Below are positions 12,800 through 24,990 of a stretch of 64,000 nucleotides of DNA, one piece after another. How positions within the stretch are numbered: the stretch's first letter is position 1; the number at the start of each line of letters is the position of its first letter. The stretch is from contig NC_087437.1 of NCBI RefSeq assembly GCF_036321535.1, forward strand, positions 107,448,001-107,512,000. Direction: 5' to 3'. The notes under the pieces are model-generated. The model did no database searches. It was not told where the DNA came from and saw nothing but the letters and a program-made list of their open reading frames with translations. This DNA is from Camelus dromedarius. Lineage: Eukaryota. A program made the translations under genes and the position numbers.

Positions 12800-13026
12800 A
12801 AGGTTGCCAGGTAAAACACAGTTTGATTTTCAGAAAATTAACAAATAATTTTTTAGTGTAAAAATGACCAAAATATCAAGACACACTTATACTGAAACTT
12901 GGACATAATTATGCCAAGCACTAGGACATGCTTATACTAACAAGGGAAAAAAAATGTGCTGTTTATCTGAAATTTCAGTTGAACTAGGTGTCTGTAAATT
13001 TTTATTTGCCAAGTCTGCCAACACTA
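12800..13026 (+). mobile_element. MER53 palindromic hAT MITE (copy 1, extra internal sequence)
   Basis: Terminal repeats AGGTTGCCAG ... CTGCCAACACT; inverted arms TGATTTTCAGAAAA...ACAAATAATTTTTTAGT and TGTTTATCTGAAATTTCAGTTGAACT. Confidence 0.85.
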
Positions 13027-13164
13027 GTTTCAGGTGCCAGCTTTCCTTAACCACGTGAGAGTTCTCCCCAGAGTCCAGCTGTCTTAATTTCTCATGTTCC
13101 TCCTTTTTATCCTTAGATCTATCACTTAAGAAGATTTAAGATATGTAACTTATATTTTTCTTGA

Positions 13165-13700
13165 ATAGTTAGCATTTAGAAGCCCTGATTTTGGCTCTCA
13201 CTCCATTTTACAGGCTTTCGACATGAGGATGATTACTTAATCTTTCTGAATCTCCTTTTATCTGTTGCTATAAACTAAATGTTGTGTCCTCCCAAAATTC
13301 ATATATTAAACCTAATGCCCAGTGTGATAGCATTTGGAGGTATGGGTCTTTCGGAGGTGATTAGCCTTGAAGAGGGAGCCCTCATGAACGGGACTGGTCC
13401 CCTTATGAAAAAGATCCCCCTCTCTTTCTTCCATGGAGAGCACAGTGAGAAGATCCCAGCTATGAACCTGAACTTGCGCTCTCACCAGATGTCAAATCTT
13501 CCAGCACTTTGATCTTGGACTTCCCAGCCTCCAGAACTGTGAGAACTAAATGTTTGTTGCTTAAGCCACTCAATCTATGGAATTTGTTATAGCGACCCAA
13601 AGAAATCCATATTTTGGTTCAACTTAAACTATAAGCCCAACCTTGCATGATGGCTGTGAAACTTAGGTGAGATAACAAAGGAAAGGGCATTTAGAAAAAG
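13165..13700 (+). mobile_element. MIR split by an MLT1A insertion
   Basis: TTACTTAATCTTTCTGAATCTCCTTTTATCTGT before the LTR; GGCTGTGAAACTTAGGTGAGATAAC after it. Confidence 0.55.
13266..13602 (+). mobile_element. MLT1A-type MaLR solo LTR
   Basis: TGCTATAAACTAAATGTTGTGTCCTCCCAAAATTCATAT ... TTGATCTTGGACTTCCCAGCCTCCAGAACTGTGAGAA ... TTGTTATAGC. Confidence 0.92.
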
Positions 13701-15295
13701 AAAATTCTGGACCAACTCTAAAGAAATAAGTATGCCTCACATTACCTTGGAGGCTATGGCTTACATTGTTTCATTTCATGAGACTGTAAGGGGGAGAATC
13801 CATAAATCATAGCCATACGGTAGAAGAGAAACCAACAACAACAACAAAAAAAGGTGAAATGCTTAGTCTTTGCCCTCTTTTCTCTCCAGATGTCTTCCTA
13901 TGTCAGTCTGTCCATCTGGACTGTGGTATAGCTCCTGATATGAATTTCTTGTTTCCTGACTGGAGTTCTCCAACCTGCCTCTGCCCTTTTAGGTTTCTGC
14001 GCCATCCTGTAAACCTCACGTTTACTTGAAATCAGGACAGTTTGGTCAGTCCCCTCGTCCTTAACCTCAAGTGTTTAGTGTGACTTGACCTTAATTCCTG
14101 ATGTTCAGTTTCATGGTGGTTTGGTTTGTGTCTGTTTCTGGGTGGGTATACATGTGCTCTCTTTTAATTTAGACTGTTTTCATTTCATTCAGAAATTCCC
14201 AGTAGTGTTAAAGGAGGGTTCTGTCTCTTCTCTCTGATGTTTAAAAAGGCCTTTCCAAATCATTTCTCCAAATTTTGCTGTTTCAAATTATTTTGAATTT
14301 TTTTTTCTTTTCTGACAAGTTAGTGTATTCCTGGAGCTAAATGATAACAAATGCTATGTAAAATCTACTGAACCATTCCTATGGTTCCCACATGATATGT
14401 TTTTGGAATCCAAGAGTCAATCAGCTTTTGTTCCAAACTTAACCATTCATTTGAGCCTAGAAACATGTTTTCATCTGGTGTGGATATTGCAAAAACAAAA
14501 TGATAGAAAAGAAATAACAACAACAAAAAAACTTGAGTAAAACATTTGATTGAATGTTACTATGAAGACACATCCAAGAGATATAGAATTTCTGTGATTT
14601 TCCCCTTTTCTTAGGATCATAATCTCCTTCAAGAGTTATTAGCTCCATGTCTAACTTCCAAGTTATCTGGCAATAAACATATATTCTGTTTACAACATCA
14701 AATGCTAATAGAATTCTGTAAATAATTTAATTGTGTGACTTAAGATCTGTGGAGATAATTCCTGTGTGTTGTTACTTAAGATGCATGAGCTTCTAAAAAG
14801 GAGCTATTTTTTTAGGAAAACAGTGCAAGTATTATGAGAAATGTTACTTCTTTGGCAGGACTGCCTCCCTGTTGTTGAATATTTGGCACACACATTGCGC
14901 TATCAAATCCTATCATCCTCCTATGTTAAAAAAATCACTTGGACATCAAATAACAAAATTTGGCAAGCTCACCTTATGTATTCTGTGAAAATAAAATCAG
15001 TTTCCATGATCAATTATTTGGAATTTCACTTAAAAAAAAAGTTTTGTTGTCATTAACATTTTAAAGTATTCCCTTTCTATTGCGGGTGGGGGATGGTGGC
15101 ATATTCTGTATGCTTAAGTAAATAGAACTTTATTGTACACGCGTTAGAGTCATTTTTACCCAAGTTTGTGATTTATTATGCAACATTTGATTTTATAGAA
15201 TAGAATTTTCTATTTTTTAATCCCAATTTTTAAAAATAACATGTTTCCAATTTCAAATCATTCTCATTTGGAATAATTAGGGAAAGGAAGGAAGC

Positions 15296-15477
15296 AAGTT
15301 GCCTAATAAAGTACAGGGTGCTCAGTTAAATTGAATTTCAAATAAACATTTTTATAGCATAAGTATGTCCCATGTAATATTTAAGATACTGTACTAATAC
15401 TAAAAATAATGTTGTTTATCTGAAGTTCAAATTTAACTGAGTATCCTGTATTTATATTAGCTAAATGTGTTAACACT
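15296..15477 (+). mobile_element. MER53 palindromic hAT MITE (copy 2)
   Basis: TACAGGGTGCTCAGTTAAATTGAATTTCAAATAAACA is the near reverse complement of TGTTTATCTGAAGTTCAAATTTAACTGAGTATCCTGTA; central ATAAGTATGTCCCA. Confidence 0.9.
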
Positions 15478-16411
15478 GGAAGGGAGAGAAAGCAGATGGT
15501 GCAGAAAAAATTGAGGTATTTATCAATGAAGTTTGGGAAGTATACTTGTAACTTGGATTCGAGCTCTAATTTTATTAGCTGTAAAGTGAGAAAGAGAGTT
15601 AGTTACTGTGTCTTCTCAGAGAATGTCATTACATTCTATGGGTGGGACCAAGACTCTGCCAGAATTTTATAGAGAAAAGAGACACATAGAGATTGAGGAA
15701 TCTGCCTAAACTAGCGAATGGTACAGTTAAGATACTTTTGGTGATGTGCAGTTGGCTGGTCTCCCCAGACCATCTATCCTCCATCCATCACTCTAAATGC
15801 TCCATCCTCTAGGCAGGCATTGCCACATACCAGATAGTTGCTCATCTGCAAAGTTCATTGGCCAAATGTGCATGATAAGGCCAGTCTTGCAATGTTGTAA
15901 AGGCTTGCTAAAACATATTTAGAACATTATATAAACAGTAGGCACGTAACACAAATATTTGTTTTCCTTGTTAAGCATTTAAATTTCTTTGAATCTCTAA
16001 GATCGTGACTGGAGTCAGAAAAGAGGATCTGGGATTATAAAACTGAGAGGCTGGGGGATTTATTTTGAATCATTTGTTTGAAAAGACATTGAGTCATCAG
16101 TTAAAAGAAAAGAAACAAAGGAAGAAATGCCTCCTTTTATCAGTGTATTATCCACAACTGAACAAAACAAATTTTCAAATATTGCATGGAAGCTTGTAGA
16201 GGTGGAGATCCTGAAATATATTTAGTGAGGAAGGAAGATAGAGGATTTATGCTAATAGGCTTAATGCTACTAATTTTAGGTCTGCATATTAATATTAGTC
16301 TTGGTGCTACTTGTAGTTACTGTGTGGTTATTATTCTGTTTCATGTATTTATTAGGGCTCTCAAAGCTTTACTTCTAATTTTGTTTTCTAAGTACTTTTG
16401 AATCCCTGTAA

Positions 16412-16655
16412 TAGTAATAATGGAGGCTAACATTTTCTGAGAGATTCTGTTCAAGCACTTGATCTGCACTAGTTCATGAAACCCTCAAGGCGCATCTATG
16501 GGACACACTGTGTGTTGTACATTTCTAGCTCTAGATGTGAGTAAACTGAAGGACTGTGGATTCAGTGAAATGTTCAAGGTCACACAGCTACCAGTGGGAG
16601 GAGCCAAGTTAGAATCAACCCAAGAACCCTCTTTTTTATTATGTGCTGCTATTCT
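16412..16655 (-). mobile_element. MIR SINE
   Basis: TAATAATGGAGGCTAACATTTTCTGAG ... AGATGTGAGTAAACTGAAGG ... CAAGGTCACACAGCTA. Confidence 0.75.
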
Positions 16656-16909
16656 ACTTCTAATAATGTCTTAAATCCATTAATCTATTTGGTTGCTCAC
16701 TAGTTGTGTCAAATCAATGCCAAAAAATTGTTAACCATTACTCCTAGAATTAGGTGCAATTTTTTTTTATGTCTAGCATCAAACCCTTAGAGTCTTTTCA
16801 ACTTTAGGATTTTCTTGGTTTTCTGCCCTATTTTTCTAAAAACAAAGTATTTTAAGTATTTTCTGATTTAAATTTATTTTATTATTTATTTTATTTTAAA
16901 TCTTGAAAG

Positions 16910-16998
16910 GACACCTTCTGACTGGAAGTTAGCTGGGAGGATGGAAGCAGCTTTGACTTCTGTTATCTGTGAGGAGGGATTAACAACATTCTGGAAAG
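16910..16998 (+). other. Candidate 89-nt internal exon (unverified)
   Basis: T-rich tract plus TTGAAAG acceptor and AAG|GTACGT donor; one open frame (TPSDWKLAGRMEAALTSVICEEGLTTFWK); GC higher than flanks. Confidence 0.35.
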
Positions 16999-17084
16999 GT
17001 ACGTGAGAAGGCTGTCTTTTGGAAGTATTATTAGAGCATCATTAGAGTGCAAATTAACAGGAACATCTGGATATGGTGAATATG

Positions 17085-17295
17085 CTTTTGAGCCACACAG
17101 ATGTAGGTAGTTCAAGTCCTGGCCATGATGTCATTAGTATGTGCTCTGGATTCAGCTGCTTAACTTGGCTTCGCCATCGCTTCTTCAACTGCAAAGTGAG
17201 ATCAATCTTACATCACTGTTGTAAAGGGCTTCCCAGAACATATTTATAGCACAATATAAATGATGGGCACTGGATAAATGGTGGTTATTTTTATT
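17085..17295 (+). mobile_element. MIR SINE
   Basis: GCTTTTGAGCCACACAGA...GTTCAAGTCCTGGC...CTTCTTCAACTGCAAAGTGAG...ATAAATGGTGGTTATT. Confidence 0.65.
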
Positions 17296-17367
17296 AATAT
17301 GCTTAAGGTCTATTGAATTCATTCTCCACAGAGATAAGAAAATAAGCTTTTTGACTGTGTTTTTCAG

Positions 17368-17608
17368 ATTATAGGATTAATTGACAAGATGATCACTAAT
17401 GGACCCATTCAGTTATTGTGACAAATATTCTGTAATTCTTGGACACTAAAGCTTTTAGTGATACCAAATATGCTTATTATGGTTTCAGCTTTAAAATACC
17501 ATATATGCTGTTTTGTTTGTTTTCTTTTGCTTTTCAATAAAGAGACAAGTTATTTTATACAATGTAAATTTGTATGACTGTTCATTTCATCACTGAAATA
17601 AAAATAAA
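17368..17608 (+). other. Candidate terminal exon with AATAAA signals (unverified)
   Basis: TTTTTGACTGTGTTTTTCAG acceptor; AATAAA at 17536, 17597 and 17603. Confidence 0.28.
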
Positions 17609-18643
17609 TGTCAGTTCAAGACGTGAATTTCTAGCCAAGCTCCAGTATTCAACGGTGCTCCTCTCCAATTTTCACTCCTCGTCAGATGTACTGTGTATAT
17701 CCAAGACTGTTGAATTTGGAAAAAGGAATATGTTTTAATTTAAGATATTAAATGTATTTGCTAAGTAGCTCATTATGGACATCATGAAGTTTTAGATCAT
17801 TTGACAACACATGTTAATAAGATGCTAGAAAAACCTCTCTCAGGATTTGAAGCTATTGACTTGTTTGTTGATGAAAAATGTACAGTGAAAAATTCCATCC
17901 CGAGTAAATGTTGAATTTTTTAATTAAAGATCAGGTAGTAAACAGAAAATCCACCATAAGAGCATAGATGAGCATGTTACTAATGTTTATGAGAATCTCT
18001 GAGGAAGGTAAATTATAAAAAAGTGCGGAAATAGGTAATTTTGCTTCTTGTCTTCATGCAATTTTGTGAAAGGTCATTAAAACAATCCCATCAAAGTCCA
18101 TGTAACTGGTATAATTTTATTGAGTTTTCCTGGAAATAAGCCAGTTAAAAACATCACACTTGACATTCTAATAAGAAAAAAAGTAAGTCAAATGACTATT
18201 ATAATGAAACATCTGTATGCATCCTTCCTCAGAAACATACAACTTTCCAAATGCCGTTCAACATTAAATTCTTCCAGCACATTGGCTGTGTTTCATCCTT
18301 TGCTTTTCTGACAACTTATGTAGAATGTGCTATATTTGCTCTCTTAGGACAATTTCAACAGTAACTCATTGGTAGATTGAATGCAGCTTTCCAGAGTGGA
18401 ATTGTCACTTTAAATAATTTGTTTCAGTGATTTGTTTGGTTATTATTCCTTTCGTGAATCCCTGCTACCAGAGTCTGTGTTGAACGTGACTTCTCATGCA
18501 GACCCTAAGGCAGGTGCTTATCTGGCTCCTGTGTCCTGGGTCTCAACAGCCACTGAAGTTATTTACGGATTGCCCCCCAGTTTTTACCTTTGCTAGCAAC
18601 TGACCCATATTGCTCCCTATTAAATTTTTAAATCTATACTTAC

Positions 18644-18792
18644 AAGTACTAGAAATGGCTGACATGTCAGTTACATCATTTTTGAGAGCCATACGTAGAG
18701 TCACCAATTTAACAGAGTTCAGTTCTAGATGACACGGAAGCATCAGTTTCAGGAACTTTGTTGTTGATTTGCTTTTTGGTGGGAACCCACAA
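18644..18792 (-). other. Candidate 149-nt exon (unverified)
   Basis: GTAAGT donor (ACTTAC at 18638-18643 on +), weak CAAAG acceptor, 49 open codons. Confidence 0.25.
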
Positions 18793-19809
18793 CTTTGAAT
18801 GTGTTTAGTTTATATTAAAATAATAAAATGATATTTAGATTTGTCATTCGGTTCAAAAATACGCGTCAAGTTGTGCTAGATGTGTGGGATTCCCACGGAG
18901 CACCTATTTCCAGGGGTTGGAATGTTAACATTTCACAGGTGTCCGAACAGCTAGGATTCTAGAAGTTCACTGCATTCTCCACCTACATTTGGGGCATTTT
19001 CTTGATTCTAGGTCTCAGATCCCCAGTTTGTTACTATGAGTGTATGCTAGTGAACAAACTGAACATGCTGTTTGGTGCTGTCCGGACTTTGGCCAAAGGG
19101 TTCCTCCATGGAGGGTCAGATCTTGAGCTGAGCCCTGACCAGGGTGGGATGAGCTAGCCCTTCCACAGATTTCTAAGCATGAAATTCACTTTGCTACTCA
19201 TTTCTGCTTAAAACATATAGGGTGGCTTGTTTTTCTACCACGAAGCCCCATATAATTCAAATGAACTGCTTCTGCACTTATTCTTGTGGGTTCGTGATTT
19301 GCAAAACAATCATAAACAGGTAGATAACATTATTACATAGCAAAAGTCTTAGAAAATGAGAGACTTCTCATTAATTATTTATTATGCCTGTGTGTGCAGC
19401 TATAATCCAGTTTTTGTTTTCACTGTAAATCCTAAACTGTGTTATATTATTTCTGTCAACTCAGGTTGCCAACATAAAGCCACTATAAGCTGGTTTTACA
19501 GGAGTTTACATGTAATCTTTAACAGCTGGACTTGAAAATAGTTCAGGTTTTAAAATTGGAAATAACTTCTATTTTACTAGGTAAAGAAATAAAAATCTGA
19601 GAGGAAGGATTAAGTGATGTAATTTATTCTGTTTGATACTAAAATTCCATAAGAATCTATACCTGAGAAATATAAAAAATGTGGCTGGGTTGCACTTTTC
19701 TAGGACTTTGAGAAGTGTGGATAACAGAATGCATTTTATGAACATTTTTTATGCCTTGTAAAAACAGCACTACACGTATATCTTTAATTCTATGTAACAA
19801 TGAACTTAC

Positions 19810-19947
19810 TTTCTCTCTGCTTTTTATATTCCTTTATGGTTTACTACTTTAGGCATTAAATCAAGAATCTAATATATTGAGGGAAATGGGTTGCATATCA
19901 AAAGCTTCTTTCTTCAAGCAAATATTTGGTGGATTCCCACATGTCTA
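19810..19947 (-). other. Candidate 138-nt non-coding exon (unverified)
   Basis: TTTTTTATTTCAG acceptor and AAA|GTAAGT donor on the minus strand; stops in all three frames. Confidence 0.25.
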
Positions 19948-20384
19948 CTGAAATAAAAAACTAGTGAATACTATGTGTGTGTATCACAATATTTTTTTCA
20001 AGACTTTGGCAGCAAAAATTATTTAAGTAGGACATTCTATCTTGAAAGCCAACTAGGGGCTTATGAGGGGGAGGGGAAAGTATCTATAAATTCCTTCTTG
20101 CAAGGTTAAGAAGCTTTTGGATTTAAGATCCAGAAGTACTAATTAAAGTATAGTGGTTTTCAACAAACGTAGTGAGTTGCATTTGATTTAGTCTGCGTTG
20201 AAATGACATTGTCTCTCATCTAATGTTACCAATGAAGGCAAGCCATTTTGGCATGAATTTGATGTTTTTAAGCATTCTAATGCACGGTTAATTGCAATTT
20301 ACACATAATCTGCAAATGCATTGTGCAGTGGGCACCCTGTTGTGGGGTGGTGCTGGAGCAGTGCTTAGCAAAGTCAGTTTAGTC

Positions 20385-20580
20385 TTTGTGGTTAAACACA
20401 TGGGCTCTGTGGATCCAATATCTAGATTCAAATCCTGTCTTCATCAAATACAGCCTCCGTGATTTGAGGCATAGCATTGAACTTTCAGCTTCGTTTTTTT
20501 CTATAAAATGAGCATTATAATCTTACCTACTTCATGCCATTGATACGAGAATCAAATGGAATGATACACGATATTAGCAC
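20385..20580 (+). mobile_element. MIR SINE
   Basis: GTGGTTAAACACATGGGCTCTG...GATTCAAATCCTGTCT...CTATAAAATGAG...CCTACTTCAT. Confidence 0.8.
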
Positions 20581-21664
20581 AAATTCTCTCAAATAAACGA
20601 ATTCTGTACTGTTAATTGATTCCAAAGGAAAGACGGAAAAAGAATAATTCTGCTTGTATGTAAACTGACTCAAATGACAACTTGCTGAAAAGTCCTGGAT
20701 ATATCTTGTTGAAATATAAGTTTAGTTTTAAATAAGGTATGAAGCAGCCCTTGAAAATGTTGCTTCTGCTCTGGGTAGCTTTGCTAAGGGGCAGTGGCTT
20801 GGCTGCTGGCAGTTGGGCTGCTGAATTACACACTCTAGACCCTCCCACGTGCTCTGGTGCACACAACCAGCAGCATGCACACGTCTTGCCACCTCTGCCC
20901 CCTGCCTTCCACGGAGGGGTGACCATGTCAAGTTTATATTCAGGCTGAGGCAGCAGGGATGTGAGAGGAGGGATTTCAGTGGGTATGAGGAGCAAGGTCA
21001 GCAAGCAGCTTTGCACATCACTGTGTGCCGTGGGGTCCCTCCCCATCTGCATGGCCAGTTGTTGGGGATCTCTACTTTGGAATCTCTGCCTCTGACCTCA
21101 CATTTGCAGACTATGAATAAATCTTCAGTGTGAATGGCAACCCTTTAGATGTGGCACTTCTGTGCAGAAGATAATCCAAGCACTTGGATGTGGTATTGCT
21201 AACTAGAGTCTCATTATGTTCTCGAAAAACTAGTGATTCTGTTTTGAAGTACAAGGACCGATTGATGGTCCAGTGGTTTTAGGTGAACAGATGTGAAATG
21301 TACTGACTGTGAATCCATTCCTCCATCCAAAATGTGCATTTACACTAGTAAAAGTTGATGACATAGACAAAGAATTTTATTATATAAAGAACTGAAGTCA
21401 CATCTCAACCTCCAGAGCTTTTTCCAAATTGAGTGAGGATATTAGCATCACTTGGCCATCTTCTTCTCAGTGGCTTATTCTGCTATTAACTTGAGATATT
21501 TCAGAATCTATTATTTCTATTTATTTCAGAACTTTTTAACCTTTTGCCATCATTTGCATTCCCCTGGGGGGATGGCTACAGACTATATTTTTGTCCTGTC
21601 TTAGAACTCCTCTGTTCAATTATTTGAATAATGAATTCTGTTAGGAATTTAAGTCAAAATGTCA

Positions 21665-21960
21665 ACTTCCTTACTTTCTTTAGATTTTTGCTCAAATGTC
21701 ACTTCCACATTCCTTGGCCGTGCTATGTGAAATAACAGCTCCCTAGCACAAGATCCCTATCCTTCATATCTGCTGTATTTTTCCCTAAAATACTTATTGC
21801 CCTTTGTCATCATATATCTTATTTTGTGCTTCCCTTCACTCAAAATATAGGCTCATTGAGGAAAGAGATTTGTTTGTTTATTTTTTTTAAGTGGTGTATC
21901 CCCCAAGTGTCCAGTGCCAAGCACATAGCAGATGCCCAATAAATTTTTTCAATAATGCAT
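21665..21960 (+). mobile_element. L2 (L2a-like) 3' end
   Basis: TTTGCTCAAATGTCACTTCC ... GTGCCAAGCACATAGCAGATGCCCAATAAAT. Confidence 0.8.
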
Positions 21961-23457
21961 GCTATTTCTTTGGCCATACAGCACACTCAGATATCAGGGA
22001 ATGAGGAAAAAGAAGTTGCTAATATAAAGAAGAAAACTTAGGAAAAATAAATCAGAGAGGAGCCAAAAACTCTTAAATTTCTCCCAGGGAAGCGCTTTCT
22101 ATAAAAAGGACTAAATCTAGAAAAAATTGATCTGCTGCCTTTACCTTGTTGTTAATATCTGAGGAATCGATGTAAAGTTCTCCAGGAAGGCTTGGTGGTG
22201 GATATCAAAGACGAACACAGTAACACCTACGTTTTAGGTGGTAATCAGGGAGATTACATCTACTCTGGGGGAAAGGGAATTGAAGCAGGTCTTCCCTTGG
22301 AAGGCAGCTGGGAGGAGATTAGGTGGTGTTTCAGAGCTCAATTCATCCAGGGACTAACGGTCATGGTGACAGGAGACTTGGGCTGAAAGCTAGTTGGGCA
22401 GAGAGGTCACAGATGGTTGAGGTTCAGTTGGGAGGCCCCAGGTTGATGCTCCCTTAAATACTCAGAAGACCCCGTTCACTTCTACAGACACAGGACACAA
22501 AGTTTGGCAACACCATCCTACTGTCTAATGGGAAAGAGGTCCTAATATATTACTGTATTTGTCTCACCTTGATTCAGACCTGGGTGAGGTTGCACCCACT
22601 TGATGTATGCTAATATTCTCAGCAGCTGGATGGGTCTTAACCAAAATGGAAGAGAATGATCCCCTTCCCCAGTGACAATCTCCCTTCTTTTCACCTCTCC
22701 CACTCCCCTGCTCTCGGTGAACTTACTTTTGTCTCCATCAAAGCTTTCTGCACCTCAACCATTCCTCCCTTTTCTTCAGTCTGTCCCGTCTGGCCTCCTG
22801 AAGCAAAACCACTGTGTTAACAAGTCTTTTCCAGGCCTTTTAAACTAATTTCATGGTTTGTCCTTCAATTTTAACTTTCTCAGATGTTCTCATTCCCATC
22901 TGTTGCACACAAGAAGCAGAAACAGTAGTAAAATCACTGAAATGTTCAAATAGTTCCATTCCACTTTTTTTTTTTTTTATTGAGAGTTAAGTATATCCCC
23001 CTCAATATGGAGGGACCACCCTCAGAACAAACCTCAGATTTCATCTACTTTTGGCAAGCCCTCTATACCGCCCAGCCCCACTCAGCAACTTGTGGCCTTC
23101 TACAAATGCCTAACAACAAAAAGAAGACTCACTTCACCCTGCTTCAGAATTTCTCCACATCTTTCCCTCTGTGTCTCAGCAGGTAGTGACTCTCTCTTTA
23201 CTTATCCTTCTAACCCACCTACTTCTCCCCCTGCCAGTCATTTAGAGCTTCTTCACTTTCTCTCTCTTGACAAAGTCCAAACCTAGAGGTTCTGTTCCAC
23301 TTGATTTCCAGTAAGTCCATTTGCTGGGACTACTAGTTTTTCCCCAGGTTTTTCCTCTTCTCATGTATATTGTGAATTTTCCCATTCCAGTCCATCTTGC
23401 TTTTTCTTCAAGCTGTGTAGAATGATATTTCATCTTCCCTGAATATAACGATTACTT

Positions 23458-23580
23458 CCAGCCACTGCTGAAAATACAACTTACCAGGCCAGTCCCTGGA
23501 TATATGGATACAGTGGGTTTAGGGTGAGGCCTGGAAGTAGCAGATATTTTTAACAAGTCCTCCCCAGCTCAGGCAAGTAG
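23458..23580. mobile_element. MER5-like remnant
   Basis: GATACAGTGGGTTTAGGGTGAGGCCTGGAA...ATTTTTAACAAG. Confidence 0.55.
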
Positions 23581-23723
23581 TTCCAAATTTCCTTGCTTTA
23601 TTTGATAATTCAATGCAAATGAGTCTCAAATAATTTATTTATAAATCTATTTGTTTTAATTTTGGAAGTCCAGTTATTGCTAGAAATCTCTGATTAACCA
23701 TCCCTATGAAAAATCTGTTTATC

Positions 23724-24990
23724 TTTTTTAAAATTGATAAACTTCATTTTTTTAGAATAGTTGTAGATTTGTAGAAAAACTAAGCAAAATGGTACAGAGA
23801 TTTCTCATAGAACCCACCTTCAACAGTTTTCACTATTATAGATTTCCCTATGACATTGGCCATTCTATGGTATACTTATTATAATTAAGCAACCAGTAAT
23901 TAAGTAAAGTATTGATACGTTATTAACCAAAGTCCAATGTCTGCAATAATATCAAGGTTCATTATTTATGTTGCATAGTTCTAAGGGTGTTGACAAATAT
24001 ATAATATCATATGTCCATCATTACAGTGTCATACAACATAGTTTTACTGCCCTAAAAATCTCCTGTGCTTTATTTATCCATTCCTTCCTACTTTCCCCTG
24101 AAGCCTTGGAAACCATTGTTCTTTTTACTGTCTCCATTTTTTTTTTTTTTGGCCTTTTCTGGAATATTATACTATTGGGATCATAGAGTATGTAGTCTAT
24201 TCAGACTGGCTGTTTTCATTTAGCACTTTTGTGCACTTAAGTTTCCTCCATGTCTTGTTAAGCCCCTTTTTTCACTGAATGATATTCTATTGTGTGAATG
24301 TACCAAAGTTAGTTTATTCACTCTCCTATGAAAGACATCTTGATTGCTTCCAGTTTTTAGCAATTATGAATAAAGTTGCTGTAAACATTTATGTACAGGC
24401 TTTTGTGTGGACATGAGTTTCCAACTCAACTGAGTAAATGCACAGAAGGATAGATGCTGAATAGTATTGTAAGATTATATTTGCCTTGTTAAGAAATGTC
24501 TTCCAAAAGTGCAAACCATTTTGCATTCCCACCAGCAATGAATGAAAGTTCTTGCTGCTCCTCATCCTTGCCAGCATTTGATGCTGTCAGTTTTTAAAAA
24601 TTTTAGTCATTCTAATACATGTGTAATGCTATCTCACTGTTGTTTCAATTTACAGTTCTCCAATGACATATGATGTTGACACACTATAGAGTGTTATCTG
24701 AGATACTGCACTAACAATGATAGGACCTAAATTCTATTTTAAATTTGGTGGTAGAACAATATGTTGCTTTAATTTGCAATTCCCTAATTACATACATTGA
24801 GCACCTTTTCATATTTTTATTTGCCACCTGTATATCTTCTTTGGTAAGATGTCCAAATCTTTCTCTAGGTTCTTTGCTAGATTATTGTTGAATGTTAAGA
24901 GTTCTTTGTATACCTTGGATACAATTCTGATCAGATATGTGCTTTGCAAATATTTTCTCCCAGTCTGTGATTTATTTTTCCATTCTATTA
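23724..24990 (-). mobile_element. Old LINE-1 (L1MC/L1MD-type) 3' region
   Basis: Antisense 3' end TTTTTTAGAATAGTTGTAGATTTGTAGAAAAA...GTACAGAG; CATTTTGCATTCCCACCAGCAATGAATGA; TGCAAATATTTTCTCCCAGTCTGTG. Confidence 0.92.

Noticed and set aside
20612..21133. Cluster of overlapping ORFs, one with a signal-peptide-like start (MKQPLKMLLLLWVALL)
   Set aside because: Locally higher GC lengthens ORFs on both strands. I found no convincing splice sites or recognisable domain.
22192..22386. Peptide containing VLGGNQGD, reminiscent of bacterial or phage wall-hydrolase motifs
   Set aside because: Short isolated match in a TTG-started ORF within mammalian, possibly LTR-derived DNA. Nothing else suggests foreign origin.
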